A stretch of DNA of 64,000 nt from a virus (IMGVR_UViG_3300013426_000016:32001-96000); one strand, 5' to 3'; positions 8,738 through 20,833 are shown, counted from the first letter of the stretch. Notes: generated by a model not told the origin, from the letters alone. Translations and numbers: made by a program.

Positions 8738-10323
8738 TGATTAATGAATTATTGTTTGAACAAGATGCACGAAAAAAGATTAAAGCTGGTATAAATACTG
8801 TGGCTGAAGCAGTTAAATCCACTTTAGGGCCTAAAGGAAAGTGTGTTGTGATTAAAGATCTTAATGGAAAAATAAAACTCACTAAAGATGGGGTTTCTGT
8901 AGCAAAAGAAATTAATTTGAGTGATTCCTTTGAAGATACTGGAGCACAACTTATAAAACAAGCAGCCATTAAAACTTTAACTGCTGTAGGAGATGCTACA
9001 ACCACAAGTACCATACTCGCACAAGATCTTATAAATAGAGGAGATGAAGTTCTTACAGACTCTAATTTTCCTAAATTGCAGCAAGGTATTTCTCTTGGTC
9101 TAGAACGAGCACTTGAATATATAAAGAAAGAAGCACGATCTATAAAGCAAAATGATTTGCAAAGCGTTGCTACTGTTTCAGCAAATAATGATTATGAAAT
9201 TGGAGAAATCATTGCTAGAGCGTTTAAGAAAATTGGTAAAGATGGAGTAATTTCTGTAGACGAATCTACTAATTATCAGACTTATGTGGATGTAACTACT
9301 GGAATGCAATTTGATAAAGGATATATTTCTAATCATTTTGTAACCGATGTAATTAAAGATACCTGTATTCTTGAAAATCCTTATATTCTTATTACAGAGG
9401 AAAAGATTACAAAGATGTCTAGTATAGCTCCTCTTTTAAATGAAGTTGCTTCTGAAAATAAAGCTATTCTTTTAATTGCTTCTGATTATAGTGAAAATGT
9501 TCTAGAAGCTCTTCGTTTAAATGTATTAAATGGAGTAATTAAACTTTGTGCAGTTAAAACTCCAACGTTTGGAGAATATAGAAAAGCGTTTTTGCAAGAT
9601 ATTGCCATTCTTACTAAAGGTAGAAGTATTAATTATGATATGGGATTGGAAATAGAAGATATAACTATTTCTGATTTAGGTCAGTGTAAAAAAGTAATCG
9701 TAAATAAGGATACTACTACTATTATAGGAGGAGAAGGTGATATTGATAATAGAGTAAAAGAACTTAAAGAAGATCTTGCTCGAATTAAGGCAGATGCCAC
9801 TATGGATGGCAGTTTTATGATTGATTTTCTTAATCAGAGAATTGCTAAACTTACTGGAGGTATTGCTAGAATTTATGTAGGAGGAACTACAGAACTCGAA
9901 CTTAAAGAAAGGAAGGATAGAGTTGAAGATGCAGTTGCTGCTACTAAAGCTGCTATAGAAGAAGGAATTGTAGTAGGAGGAGGATTAACTTATTATAACA
10001 TTTATAATTATCTGGACCAAAATTATCCAAGTGATTTAGATGTTAAACTTGGTTATGAAATCTTTAGAAATGCTTTACTTGCCCCACTTCACCAACTGTT
10101 TAAGAATAACGGCATTGTTACAGAAAAAGAGATTGAGAAATATACTTCTCAATTTACTGATAAAATTGGATATGATGCCAAAAATAACCTCATTACAGAC
10201 CTTTATAGAAGTGGGATAATAGATCCTGCCAAAGCAGCCAAACATGCTCTTAAAAATGCCGTTTCTGTGGCAAATTTATACCTTTCTATTTCTTGTGTAA
10301 TCAGCCCAATTATTGTTCAGTAA
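8737..10323 (+). CDS. groEL: chaperonin GroEL (phage-encoded)
   Basis: STLGPKG, TKDGVSVAKEI, GDATTT, GMQFDKGY, KERKDRVEDA, EEGIVVGGG, GIIDP. Confidence 0.95.
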   Translation: MINELLFEQDARKKIKAGINTVAEAVKSTLGPKGKCVVIKDLNGKIKLTKDGVSVAKEINLSDSFEDTGAQLIKQAAIKTLTAVGDATTTSTILAQDLINRGDEVLTDSNFPKLQQGISLGLERALEYIKKEARSIKQNDLQSVATVSANNDYEIGEIIARAFKKIGKDGVISVDESTNYQTYVDVTTGMQFDKGYISNHFVTDVIKDTCILENPYILITEEKITKMSSIAPLLNEVASENKAILLIASDYSENVLEALRLNVLNGVIKLCAVKTPTFGEYRKAFLQDIAILTKGRSINYDMGLEIEDITISDLGQCKKVIVNKDTTTIIGGEGDIDNRVKELKEDLARIKADATMDGSFMIDFLNQRIAKLTGGIARIYVGGTTELELKERKDRVEDAVAATKAAIEEGIVVGGGLTYYNIYNYLDQNYPSDLDVKLGYEIFRNALLAPLHQLFKNNGIVTEKEIEKYTSQFTDKIGYDAKNNLITDLYRSGIIDPAKAAKHALKNAVSVANLYLSISCVISPIIVQ

Positions 10324-10610
10324 TGTTACAATTTCCAGAAAAAATATATCTTCATAATTTAGGTCACGCCTATAGTTCATTTAAAAGAGAACTTATTTAT
10401 AAAGATATTAAAGGTGATGTAGCAAGATACGTAGCTACAGAAGTTTCTCGTATTATAGGAAATCTTGATGATATACAAGCAATTGACTTCGATGGGGGCC
10501 CTTTCTTAGGAGTAGGAGATTCTCTTTTTAATTCTTTTGTAATTACAGGCTTTGTAAGAGATAAGAAAACTAAAGAGATTTTAGTACTTTTGACAAAATG
10601 TTCTATTTAA
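10323..10610 (+). CDS. hypothetical protein
   Basis: ATG overlaps the groEL stop codon (TAATG). Confidence 0.7.
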   Translation: MLQFPEKIYLHNLGHAYSSFKRELIYKDIKGDVARYVATEVSRIIGNLDDIQAIDFDGGPFLGVGDSLFNSFVITGFVRDKKTKEILVLLTKCSI

Positions 10611-10975
10611 ACTTAATTTTAATACTTGCTATTTCTTGGTTTTTAGGACAGGATAGAGCAAAGGCAGGTAAAGCAATAGGTTTCCGCTCATTATGTATAG
10701 TAATGTTAGGAGCTTATTGTTTTACATATTCAGCTTATATGCCTTCTGGAGGAATTGATTACCATGTTATTGCACAAATAGTTTCTGGTATTTCTTTCGT
10801 AGGAGCTGGATTAATTTTTAAGGACAAAAGTGTCCATAATTTAACTACTGCAATTCTAGTCTGGGCCTCTGCAAGTATAGCAGTATTATTAGGTTTAAAT
10901 AAGATTTTAGAAGCAGTAACTATAACTATTATAATTCGATTAGTTTTACTTTATAAAAAGAAAGAAAAATGTTGA
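10598..10975 (+). CDS. MgtC/SapB-family membrane protein
   Basis: AIGFRS..IV.LG, AQIVSGISFVGAGLIF, NLTTA..VW. Confidence 0.85.
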   Translation: MFYLNLILILAISWFLGQDRAKAGKAIGFRSLCIVMLGAYCFTYSAYMPSGGIDYHVIAQIVSGISFVGAGLIFKDKSVHNLTTAILVWASASIAVLLGLNKILEAVTITIIIRLVLLYKKKEKC

Positions 10976-11340
10976 AAGAACGATTTTATTATGGCAGAGA
11001 GTATAAGCTAGCAAATATACCTTGCCTTATTTCTGACAGAGGAGAACTGCTTGCTACTGGCGAACCTCTACAAGTTAAGAGTCTTCCAAGGATTACTATT
11101 TGTGGCATTTGGGATACTAATACTAATATTATGTATTTTGGAGTTTCTAGATGTAGTGCAAGAGACCATTTTGATAAAAGAATTGGTAGAGATATTGCTT
11201 ATTCTCGTGCTCTAAATAAACCATTTAAAGTGGTTAAGATTCCTCCTACTTTGCATGTAAGTGATACTTTTATGTCTACTGCCAAGCTTATAGAGGAAGA
11301 AGTTATGAGTATGGTATATCCTATTAACCTTAATGGATAG
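10969..11340 (+). CDS. hypothetical phage protein
   Basis: G.SRCS..D.FDKRIGR.IA..RA motif typical of a small phage protein family. Confidence 0.7.
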   Translation: MLKERFYYGREYKLANIPCLISDRGELLATGEPLQVKSLPRITICGIWDTNTNIMYFGVSRCSARDHFDKRIGRDIAYSRALNKPFKVVKIPPTLHVSDTFMSTAKLIEEEVMSMVYPINLNG

Positions 11341-11785
11341 CTATACCATTTATTGTGATGGTTCTTACCAAGCTTCTATAGAATGTGGTGGCTGAAGTGC
11401 TATTATTATAAAAGACGATACTATTATAAAGAAACTTTATTGTGGTTGTAAACATACTACAAATAATAGAATGGAACTAAAGGGAGTTTTAGAAGCTTTA
11501 AAATATTTTAAAACTCCCTCTATTCTCACCATTTATTCAGATTCTCAGTATGTAGTTAATTCTATTAATGCAAAACAAGTATATAAATGATTTGAAGAGC
11601 ATGATTATTCTAAGAAAAACTTAGACTTGTGATTTGAGATCATTGATTTACTTGACTTTCATACAGTTAACTTTATATGAGTAAAGGGGCATAATAAAAA
11701 CAAATATAATGAGTTAGCTGATTTATTAGCAGTTCATGCCGCACAGTGTCTTAATTTAGAAGAAGATGTTCCAATTAGTATTTAA
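11333..11785 (+). CDS. rnhA: ribonuclease HI (code 4)
   Basis: YCDGS, GGW, TNNRMEL, YSDSQY, NLDLW, WVKGH, NELAD. All four Trp are TGA (11393, 11588, 11630, 11678). Missing from the ORF track. Confidence 0.95.
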
Positions 11786-12131
11786 AAAAGTAGGAAATCA
11801 TTGGTATTTAGATATTCCTCATGAAAATCCATCTGACTTAAAACTAGATAGAAGAATTGAGTTCCTATTAACAAAAGCAGATAAATATAACGATAAAATA
11901 GTTACTGTTTATTTGCATGAGTTAACAGATGTTATTATAGAAGAAGGTTTAATCCAGTTTCAGGAAAGTGATTTTCAGAGGTATTTCTTAACTAACGATG
12001 ACTTTCAAATGAAAATGTGGATAAATAATAGAAAATTTACTATTTCTAGTAGTTTATACACATTAATCGAGAATTATTATCACTTAGATTTACACTTAGT
12101 TGCTTATAGAATAAGTTTATATGGAATTTAA
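11766..12131 (+). CDS. hypothetical protein
   Basis: ORF in gene run; F.K....WYLDIP. Confidence 0.7.
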   Translation: MFQLVFKKVGNHWYLDIPHENPSDLKLDRRIEFLLTKADKYNDKIVTVYLHELTDVIIEEGLIQFQESDFQRYFLTNDDFQMKMWINNRKFTISSSLYTLIENYYHLDLHLVAYRISLYGI

Positions 12132-12276
12132 AAAAATTGATGAAGTAGAAGCTTCTATTAAGGAGAGTTATATTAAAATCCTTAAGGAAAGAATTAGTCT
12201 TATGAAACAGTCCATTGTTGCTATTGAGGACGCTTTAGATTATCTTATAGAAGATGCTACAAAAGAGAGTCATTAA
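12121..12276 (+). CDS. small hypothetical protein
   Basis: 51-aa ORF filling the gap and overlapping both neighbours. Confidence 0.5.
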   Translation: MEFKKIDEVEASIKESYIKILKERISLMKQSIVAIEDALDYLIEDATKESH

Positions 12277-12571
12277 AGCTAAAGTAATGGCAATTAGAAA
12301 GGACCTTTACTCCAAATATGTATTTCAGAATATTGATGAGGCAGAAAACAGTTTATATAGATATTTAACTGTTACAAGATGTCCAAATTGAAAAGAACCA
12401 GAAGATTTACGTGTGGGAGATGAAGGTTTTTTAGAATACGAAGATGTTAAAAAAGGAGATATTTATAAAGATAAAATAACAGGTGAAGATAAACAAATCC
12501 AGTATGATAACCTTTATTTTATGAACTTTGTAAAACAAATAAAAGATAATGTAAAAGAATATAGTTTTTAA
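12254..12571 (+). CDS. hypothetical protein (code 4)
   Basis: Open frame with TRCPN-TGA(W); ends TAA. Confidence 0.7.
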
Positions 12572-12590
12572 TATGAAAGATATAAAGAAG

Positions 12591-13424
12591 ATGACAGAAT
12601 TTGGAGAAACACTTAATACAGCACTTAACTCAGTTAATATGTATGTATGAAAGACATATAATGGTACAGAAGTAAAGCTTATAGAAATGACACCAAAAGC
12701 TCTACAAAAAGCTTATAATCATGTAAATGAAATGCTTTATAATAAGAGTAAACTTACACCAGGTAAGTACCAAGTAAAGAAGAATATACAGAATTATATG
12801 GCTAGTTGTAATGCAGAGTTGTTCATGCGTTATTTGCTTTACGAATGTAACATTGATTGTCTTAAAACAAATATCCAAATTATCGATTTTCTTAGAGAGA
12901 GTAAACGAGCTAATAATTTGAGTTCTACAGATTCAGTTACTACCGTATTTTCTAATGCACCGAGAGAATTTGAAACTGTCACCATTGGGCAACTTTTAGA
13001 TGCCTGTTTAGATAGATTGGGAGTATTTAATCGCAAAATGCTTACTGATAGTTTTATCCTTGCACAAGGTATTTGGCTAACAGATGCTGAAAAGAAAGAT
13101 CTTACGGAGTACGATGATAATGGAAACAAAAAACCATGAATTAATGTAATTAAGGAAAGACTTATGCTCCCAGTAGGAACTAAACTGAAACTTAATTCTC
13201 ATGGACTTTCTTACAAGGAATTTAGAGCTATTATACATCTTACAGAACTTCCAAAGTTCTCGAGCCTTCCAACAGATACTCTTCTTTTACTTAGAGACAA
13301 GATATTTGTACTTCTTGATTACGATACTGATTTCTTTATTGAGAAATGGTTGAAACTGAAATCACAAATAGAAGAAGTAGCTAAGGAAAGAGAAATTTCA
13401 CTATACTCTTCAGAACAAAAGTAA
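12591..13424 (+). CDS. hypothetical protein upstream of PolA (code 4)
   Basis: Joins track ORFs 12687-13139 and 13164-13424 in one frame through TGA; alternative start at 12573. Confidence 0.8.
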
Positions 13425-15448
13425 TGATTTTATATTTAAGTAATCAGACACCTTTAATAGAAGACAGTAGATATAGACTTACTACAGTCGAAGAGGTCTT
13501 AGATTTATTTAAAGATATAAAATTAGTACAATTTGACACTGAAACAGATGGATTAAATCCTCATTTAAAACAGTTAATGACTCTTCAGATAGGTTCTGAT
13601 AAAATAGATACTAGAGTGGTTATAGATTGTACTACTGTAGATATACACCTATTTAAAGAGTTCTTGGAAAGCAAAATGCTTGTTTGTCATAATGGTAAAT
13701 TTGATTTACAGTTTCTTTATAAACAAGGAATTGTTCCAAGAAAAATTTACGATACTATGATTGCAGAACAACTTTTATATTTAGGTTATAGACCTGGTTA
13801 TATAAGTTATAGTTTAAAAGCTTGTGCTGAACGATATCTTGGTATAGATATAGATAAAACTGTTAGAGGGCAAATACGTTGAAGAGGAATAGATGCAGAA
13901 GTAATTGTTTATGGAGCAGGAGATGTAACTTATTTAGAGCAAATAATGTGAAAACAGTATGCTGAAGCAAAACGACAAAATTGCCTTAAAGGCGTACAAA
14001 TAGAATGTGAAGCCGTTCCTGCCATTGCCTATTTAGAATATTGCGGTATTTGTCTTGATGCTAAGAAATGGGAAGAAAAAATTATTAAAAATAAAAAATT
14101 AGTTGTAGAGTATAAAGAGCAATTAAATAATTTTGTAGTTTCTTTAAATGAAGGAAATAATCCTTTTTGTTATTTAGATCCACAAGGAGATCTTTTTTCT
14201 GGTTTTTCTGATAAACCTTCTTGTATAATAGATTGAAATAGTCCAGCACAAGTAACAGCTTTGGCTAAGTATTTAGGTTTTGATACTTCCACTCAGGATA
14301 AGAAAACAGGAAAAGATAAAGACTCTGTAATGGAAAAAGCATTAAAACCTCAGAAGGGAATTAATGACGAATTTTTAAAATTATATTTTGCATATAAAGA
14401 AGCTGCAAAGGAAGTCTCTTCATTTGGATATGGGCATATAAATGCAGTAAATCCTCTTACTAATTGTATACATACTACTTGAAGACAAATAGGAACTGCC
14501 TCAGGAAGAATGTCCTGTGGTGAAGGTACACATCCAGATGAAGAACTCGCTCAGTATAAGCATTTACCTAAGGGTGCTTGTCCTAAAGTTAATTTACAAC
14601 AATTACCTGCGGACGAAGAAACTAGAAGTTGTTTTATCTCTCCTCCTGGGCATTTAATGGTAAGTGCAGATTTCAGCGCTGAGGAAAGTCGTTTGGCAGC
14701 AGAAATTTATAATGAACCTGTTCTACTTGAGGAGTTTTTACATGGAAGTGGAGATGTGCATAGTGTATTTGCAAAGACTTTTTTTGCTAAAGAGCTAGAA
14801 GGAGTTCCGGTAAAAGACATTAAAGAAAAGTATCCAGAGTGAAGAAAGTTAGCAAAAGGTCCAGAATTTGCACTTTCTTTTGGTGGAGGCACAGGCCCTA
14901 TAAAATCTATTGTTCAGTGTTCGGAAGAAAGAGCACAAGAAATTTATAATAATTACCAAAAAAACATGAAGGCAACTTGTGATTTTGCAAGAAAAGGAGC
15001 TTTATTTGTTAAATCTCATGGTTATATTATTATAGATCCATATTCGGGAAATCGAATGCACTGAGCAGATTGAAAGGACTGATATAAAGAAGAACAACTA
15101 ATGAAATATGGAGGATATAACTCATTTTCTAAAGAACAACAAAATGAGCATCGAAAAACAGGTGCCTATTGGGAAAGAATGGCTAGAAATGCAGTAACAC
15201 AAGGTTCTGGAGCTGTAATATTAAAAATAGCCTTAAAGAATTTATTTGACTATATAATAGATAATAATTATTTTAATAAAATTAAAATTGTTGCCGCAGT
15301 ACACGATGAAATTGTTTGTACTTTTCCAGAAGAAAATAAAGATTTTCCAAAAATATTAGAACAAACTATGGAAAATGCAGCAGCAGTTTTAGTACATAAA
15401 TTACCTATACCAGCTGAAGCTAGTGTAGGAAATCATTGAATACATTAA
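13424..15448 (+). CDS. polA: DNA polymerase family A with 3'-5' exonuclease (674 aa, code 4)
   Basis: FDTET, HNGKFD, IDWNSP, TASGRMS, VNLQQLP, ADFSAEESR, AKGPEF, NAVTQG, AVHDE. Nine in-frame TGA join four track ORFs; ends NHWIH-TAA. Confidence 0.95.
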
Positions 15449-16356
15449 TGAAAATAAATTTACACCTTTTAAGAACTCTTTATTTGATTAATAGAGGGTC
15501 TAAAACAGAAGCTCCTATGCTTAATTTTATTTTAAATTATTGTAGGAATCTGAAAAATGTAGACATAGAAATAGATAATGAAAAAAATCTGTTTATAACT
15601 AAGAATACTACAAATCCTCTTTATATGCCTTGTATCATAGCGCATATGGACACTGTATTTGATTATGATTTTGAAAGAGAGCTTGTACAGAAAGGAAATT
15701 TTATTACAGCCAGAGATGCTAAAACAAAGGCTCCTTGTGGTTTAATGGCAGATGATTCTAATGGTATTTATTGTGCTTTGAGATTACTCGATATTATGCC
15801 AAATATTAAAATCTGTTTTACAACACAAGAAGAAATAGGAGGAATTGGAGCTGTAGTAGCTACTGAAAACACAGAGTTCTTTAATAATGTAAATTTCTTT
15901 TTACAGGCAGACAGAAGAGGGAACTCTAACATAATCACTTTTACAAATGGAAGAAAAATTGTTTCAGATAAATTTGTAGAAGATATAACACCTATAATTA
16001 AAAGGTATAATTATTCTACTACAAATGGTATTTTTACCGATATAGGAGAAATTGCCTTTTGGTGTGGTATTTCTGGAATTAATATTTCTTGTGGGTATTA
16101 TAATGAGCATACGGTAAATGAAACTTGTAATACAGTTGAATTACATAATTGTCTTTATCTTATGAGAGAATTAATAAATACTCTTAAAGATAAAGAACCA
16201 TATAAAGTAGAATTTGCTCCAAATAAAGATCTTGATAGATCTCTGTTGAAGTATAATGACTATTTCTCATATAATACACATGATTATCTGTTTGAACCTC
16301 TTCCTTGTGACACCTGTTCAGATATGGACTGTATGAATTGTACCAAAACATTTTAA
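15448..16356 (+). CDS. M20/M28-family zinc peptidase
   Basis: AHMDTV, ADDSNG, QEEIGGIG, QADRRG, GYYNEH. Confidence 0.85.
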   Translation: MKINLHLLRTLYLINRGSKTEAPMLNFILNYCRNLKNVDIEIDNEKNLFITKNTTNPLYMPCIIAHMDTVFDYDFERELVQKGNFITARDAKTKAPCGLMADDSNGIYCALRLLDIMPNIKICFTTQEEIGGIGAVVATENTEFFNNVNFFLQADRRGNSNIITFTNGRKIVSDKFVEDITPIIKRYNYSTTNGIFTDIGEIAFWCGISGINISCGYYNEHTVNETCNTVELHNCLYLMRELINTLKDKEPYKVEFAPNKDLDRSLLKYNDYFSYNTHDYLFEPLPCDTCSDMDCMNCTKTF

Positions 16357-19300
16357 TGGACAGAACAGAAAGACAGAAATTAGGAATTAAACGCTGATTA
16401 GAAGCCGGAGCTATCGGAACGCTCGAATACGGTACGGGCGTAGGTATCGAAATAATAAAAGCCTAGCTTCTTAGGAATAAGAAGTTTTTATTGGGCAAAA
16501 TCGGTAAAACTCCAAAAGGACAATACCGAGGTAATTTAACTAGTAATATAGTTAAACACCGTAGAGCGTAGGGAATGAACCTAAAAATAGAATATAATTT
16601 CCCCAAGAGTGTCCAATACCCCAACTGAAATAAGTGGGTAAAAATGTACGCCGAGCTATAAGGTAACTTATAGAACTAAAGGATAAAAAACCTTTAGGAT
16701 AACATTACTGAAGACCCGCACTGCTATAATGGCTATACAGCTATTATTAAGAAAGAATCCAGAAGCTTCTATTTTAATCAGCGTTCCAACCAACTATCTG
16801 AAAAACCAATGAATAGAAAATCTCCAAAAGTTTAATATAGAAAATTGTGAAGTTGTAGTGATAAATACAATAGTTAGGCATACATATACTGTTGATTTGC
16901 TAATAGTCGATAAATAGGCTTTGTTGACTTTAAATTTACTTAATTGTCGGGAACTTCCTTAGAGTTCTTTCTACTAAATTATAATAGAAATATATATAAT
17001 GGTGAGAATAATTACCTCAGTATAGTAAAAAAGAAAGAAATTGGATAATCCGCAGCCAAGCTTCTAATTTAGAAGAAGGTTCATCGACTATCCCAAATGG
17101 GAGTACAGAATAAAATTCTGGAAACAGTAAAATTTATAATTTTTAATTAAAAAATGAAAAAACTTTATTATTTTTATACTTTATCTACAACAAAAGATAT
17201 ATCTAATATTAGATACGTAGGCGTTACTACTCGTACTTTAAAACAAAGATTAAGTGGGCATAAATATTGTGCTCTGCATAAAAATAAGAGATCTACCGCA
17301 GTTCATAAATGAATGTATTCGGAATATTTAGCTGGAAATGATATAATTATTTCTCAAATAGATTGTTGTGAAGAAGCTGTCTGAGAGGAAACAGAAAAGT
17401 ATTGAATTAAAGAATATCAAAACAAAGGGTTTAAATTATTAAATATCCAAAAAGGCGGCTCCGGAATAGTAACAAAAGAAATGAGAAATAAAGAAGGGTT
17501 GCAAAGAAGTATAGATGCTCATAAAATTCCAGTATATGCTTTAGATGATAATTTAAATGTAGTTTTAGAATTTTCTTCAGCTGTAGAAGCAATTCGATTT
17601 TTTGGAGGAAAAAGTAAAACTGCTATATCAAATGCTATTTCTAAAAACGTTAGTACTAAAAAATCATTTGGTTATTACTGAGTAAAACAAAATGATTATA
17701 AAAATGGAAATTTTTATGTTAATACCACTCCTAACTTTGAAAGTTTTAAAAAGAAAGTGTATCAGTTTGATAAGAACGGTACGTTTGTAAAAATGCATGA
17801 AAGTATAAAGAGTATAGAAAGGTATTATAATATACAAAATTCTTCTCCTTTAAGACACGCTATAAGAAAGAAAAGATTATATAAAAATTCATTTTGATCT
17901 TTTGAAAAAGAAGCCGACTTTGATTTAAATTCTCCATTTAGATTTTTTGAAATAGATAAAAATGAAAATATAATAGATAGGTATTTAAAAGTTGAAGATA
18001 TTTTGAAAAAATATAACTGCTCTTCTAATTTTTTATACAAAAAGGATAAAAATACTAAAGGTATATTACCCAATGGTAATAAAATTATAAAAAATAAAAA
18101 TTATAAATAAGATATAGTCAGACTTTATATGAAAGTATAAAGAGTTTTGGAAGCACATGGTGCGGCCGCTACAACCCTCCTTTCTATCTTTACTACAGTT
18201 AGTTATAGAATGCTTTTATGCTTAACTGCCACTATAGATAGATTAGATGGTAGAGGAGAAATCCTTAAACAATATGCACCAGTATGTGATCAGATAACCT
18301 TAACAGAAGCAACTAAAGAAGGTTGAGTAGCTCCAGTTAAAAACTATTTAGTTCTCTTAGATGTTGATTTACAGCCATATAAAGAATTAGATAGAAAATT
18401 TAATAGCTATTTTGCGTTCTTTGGCTTTCAGTTTGATACAGCTATGAACTGCTTGCAAAACTGACGCTTTCGCAACAAATATGCTAAAGAAATAGGTTCT
18501 GATCCAAAAACTGTTTTACAAATGAGTTCCTGTTGAATGAAGGCTTTACATGCAAGGAAATCCTTTATAGAAAACCATCCTAAGAAAATAGAAATTTGTA
18601 GAAGAATAATAGATGCAAAACCGAATACTAAAGGTATTTTATTTTGTCCTACTATAAAATTTGCAAAAGAAATTAAAAGGGGAAAGGTTTTATACTCTGC
18701 ACAAAAAACTTCTGAAAATAAAAAAATTATAGAAGAATTTAATGTTGCGGAGAAAGGATGAATCGCTTCGAGTCGTATGTTGAATGAAGGTAAACCAAAA
18801 AATCTAATTTAAAAGACATTTAATGAAAAAATTTTATTTATACACACTTAATGATCCTAGAACAAATGTTCCTAAATATGTGGGAATTACTTGTAATTTA
18901 CAACAAAGATTAATGTACCATCTAAAAGACACCGCAGATACAAAAAAGACACGTTGAATACATACTTTAAAAGAAGAAGGTATTACTCCTATAATCACTA
19001 AATTAGAAGAATCTGAAGATATTTATAAAATAATTAATCTAGAAATAGAGTATATTAAAAAGTATAAAGAAACTTTAGATTTAGCAAATACAACTATCGG
19101 TGGTGAATATTATGCAATTGGTACTCCAATAGATTGCTATGATTTACAAGGTAATTATATAGAAACTTTTTCATCTATGGTGGAAGCTCTGCCTGGGATA
19201 AAACACTATAGTGGTATTTCTGCTGTATGTAATCATAAACGAAATTATGCTTATGGTAAAATCTGAAGATATCAGGGAGAGCCTGTTACTAAAGAAGATT

Positions 19301-20219
19301 TAGAAAAAGTTAAAAAATCTCTTAATAAAGCTAAATATAAAGAAGTTTTAATAATAGATTTAGAAGGAAATATCTTAGATAGATTTCCTTCTTTAACTAA
19401 AGCCGGTCAAAGTAAAAAGTGGGGATCTATCAGTAATTTACGTTGTGCGATGAAAGGGCATAATGCCCATGGAAATTCTTTTCTTGCTAAGAATCATTTT
19501 ATTTGTTCTTCCATGGAAGATTTTTATGAAAAACGTAAAAAATATGAAGATTTTTTAAAATCTAAAATTGTTCTTCAATATACTTTAGATGATGAATTTA
19601 TAGCAGAATATCCTTCAGTAATGGAAGCAAGTCGTGTATTAAATAAAAGTTGGGCTTCAATTTTTAGATGTTGTAAAGGACAACAACAAGAAGCTCATGG
19701 TTTTAAATGGAAACTTAAGTTTTAAATATAAATACGCCGTGTAATAAAGTAATTTATTATAGTATAATACCTGGATATCGTTGAAAGCTAAACTTTTTAA
19801 AAGCATGCTAACTTAACGAGGCAAAGAGCTAAAGACTCAGCCCTAGAGACTAGATACAGGTACCCCTATTTTAGGGTGAAGATATAGTCCAGACTGTAAA
19901 CAATTTTTTGGAAAGCGAAAGCTTTTAGCAGTAGGTAGATATTCAAGGACTTACAACAGGAATCATAATGAATGTGAATAGTTCTAAAATTTCTAGTGTC
20001 CAAAAAACTGGTCGTTGTTGTAGATTTGCACCTAATAAAGTTGCAGAAATATTTACATTGGCCATTAAAGGAACTCAGGAAGTAAAATGGTTTAATAACA
20101 GTAGCACAACAGAGTATATAACTATAAATGACTCTACAGACTTAGACAAAGTATTAAATGGAGAAGAAATAAACTCTCGACAAAGAGAGTGAACAGAAGA
20201 TAAAACTTATAGATTTTAA
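16356..20219 (+). CDS. superfamily 2 (DExH) helicase split by three group I introns (~405 aa spliced, code 4)
   Basis: Exons 16356-16445, 16711-16911, 18150-18791 and 19935-20219 restore GTGVG|KT, IVD|EAH, LTAT, NEG|VDI and QKTGRCCR. Confidence 0.9.
16446..16710 (+). mobile_element. group I intron 1 (no ORF) in helicase Walker A
   Basis: P1 TAGGT/GCCTA with U-G at the 5' splice site; terminal G16710; removal restores G|KT. Confidence 0.85.
16912..18149 (+). mobile_element. group I intron 2 in helicase Walker B
   Basis: P1 AGTCGAT/GTTGACT; Q-like AATCCGCAGC, R-like TCGACTA and S-like AAGATATAGTC; terminal G. Confidence 0.9.
17154..18110 (+). CDS. intron-encoded GIY-YIG homing endonuclease with NUMOD1-like repeats (code 4)
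   Basis: YFYTL...IRYVGVT...QRLSGH...E..W...LLN; repeats such as VYQFDKNGTFV. Confidence 0.85.
18792..19934 (+). mobile_element. group I intron 3 in helicase motif V
   Basis: Core follows the ORF (CTAGAGACTA ... GAAGATATAGTCC); IGS TACGCC near 19733; removal restores EG|VD. Confidence 0.85.
18823..19725 (+). CDS. intron-encoded GIY-YIG homing endonuclease with NUMOD1 repeats (code 4)
   Basis: FYLYTL...PKYVGIT...QRLMYH; VLQYTLDDEFIAEYPSVMEA...GFKW. Confidence 0.85.
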
Positions 20220-20239
20220 AATGACTTAAATAGTAATTT

Positions 20240-20833
20240 TTGGAACTAAATACGATTTTAAATTTAATGTCAGCTTACAATCTCACAGCAGATGAGCTGC
20301 TTTTAATTTATATAACCCTCTTAGCAAGAGACGAAGAGGGTAATGCTACTTATTTTTCACAGTGATTTAATAATGGAGGAAGAGAAAGACTTAGAGACTT
20401 ATTTTCTTCTTTAAAGGAAAAAGGAGTAATCCTTAAATCTTATAATCCAGAATCTTATATACCTAATGATATAGAGTTTAATAAAAATTTTTTAAAAAAG
20501 TGATATAAATTTTCTGGAGAGATGGGCCAAGAATTACTTAATGCTTATCCTTCATTTTTAAATATACAGGGAAAATATGTTCCACTGAAAGATGTTTCTA
20601 AAAGATTTGCTTCTTTAGATGACTTTTTTAATTTTTATGCTACACAAATAGGTAGTAATCCGGAAAAACATAAAGAAGTAATGGGAATTCTTAATTGAGC
20701 TAAAGAAAATAATTTACTTAATTTTGGAATTTTAAATTTTGTAATTTCTAATCAGTGGAATAATTTGAAAGAACTTAGAGATAATCCAGAAATGGTGCCT
20801 ATATACCAAGATAGTATTTTAACAGATGACTAA
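20240..20833 (+). CDS. hypothetical replication-associated protein (code 4)
   Basis: 197-codon frame with three TGA, directly upstream of DnaB; TTG start (alternative ATG 20267). Confidence 0.7.

Noticed and set aside
10323-10610. GroES co-chaperonin downstream of groEL
   Set aside because: The size fits, but no PL.DRV, mobile-loop GGI or other GroES motifs are recognisable.
13424-15448. polA and other fragmented genes as pseudogenes
   Set aside because: All breaks are in-frame TGA at Trp-compatible sites, with no frameshifts and no TAA/TAG interruptions.
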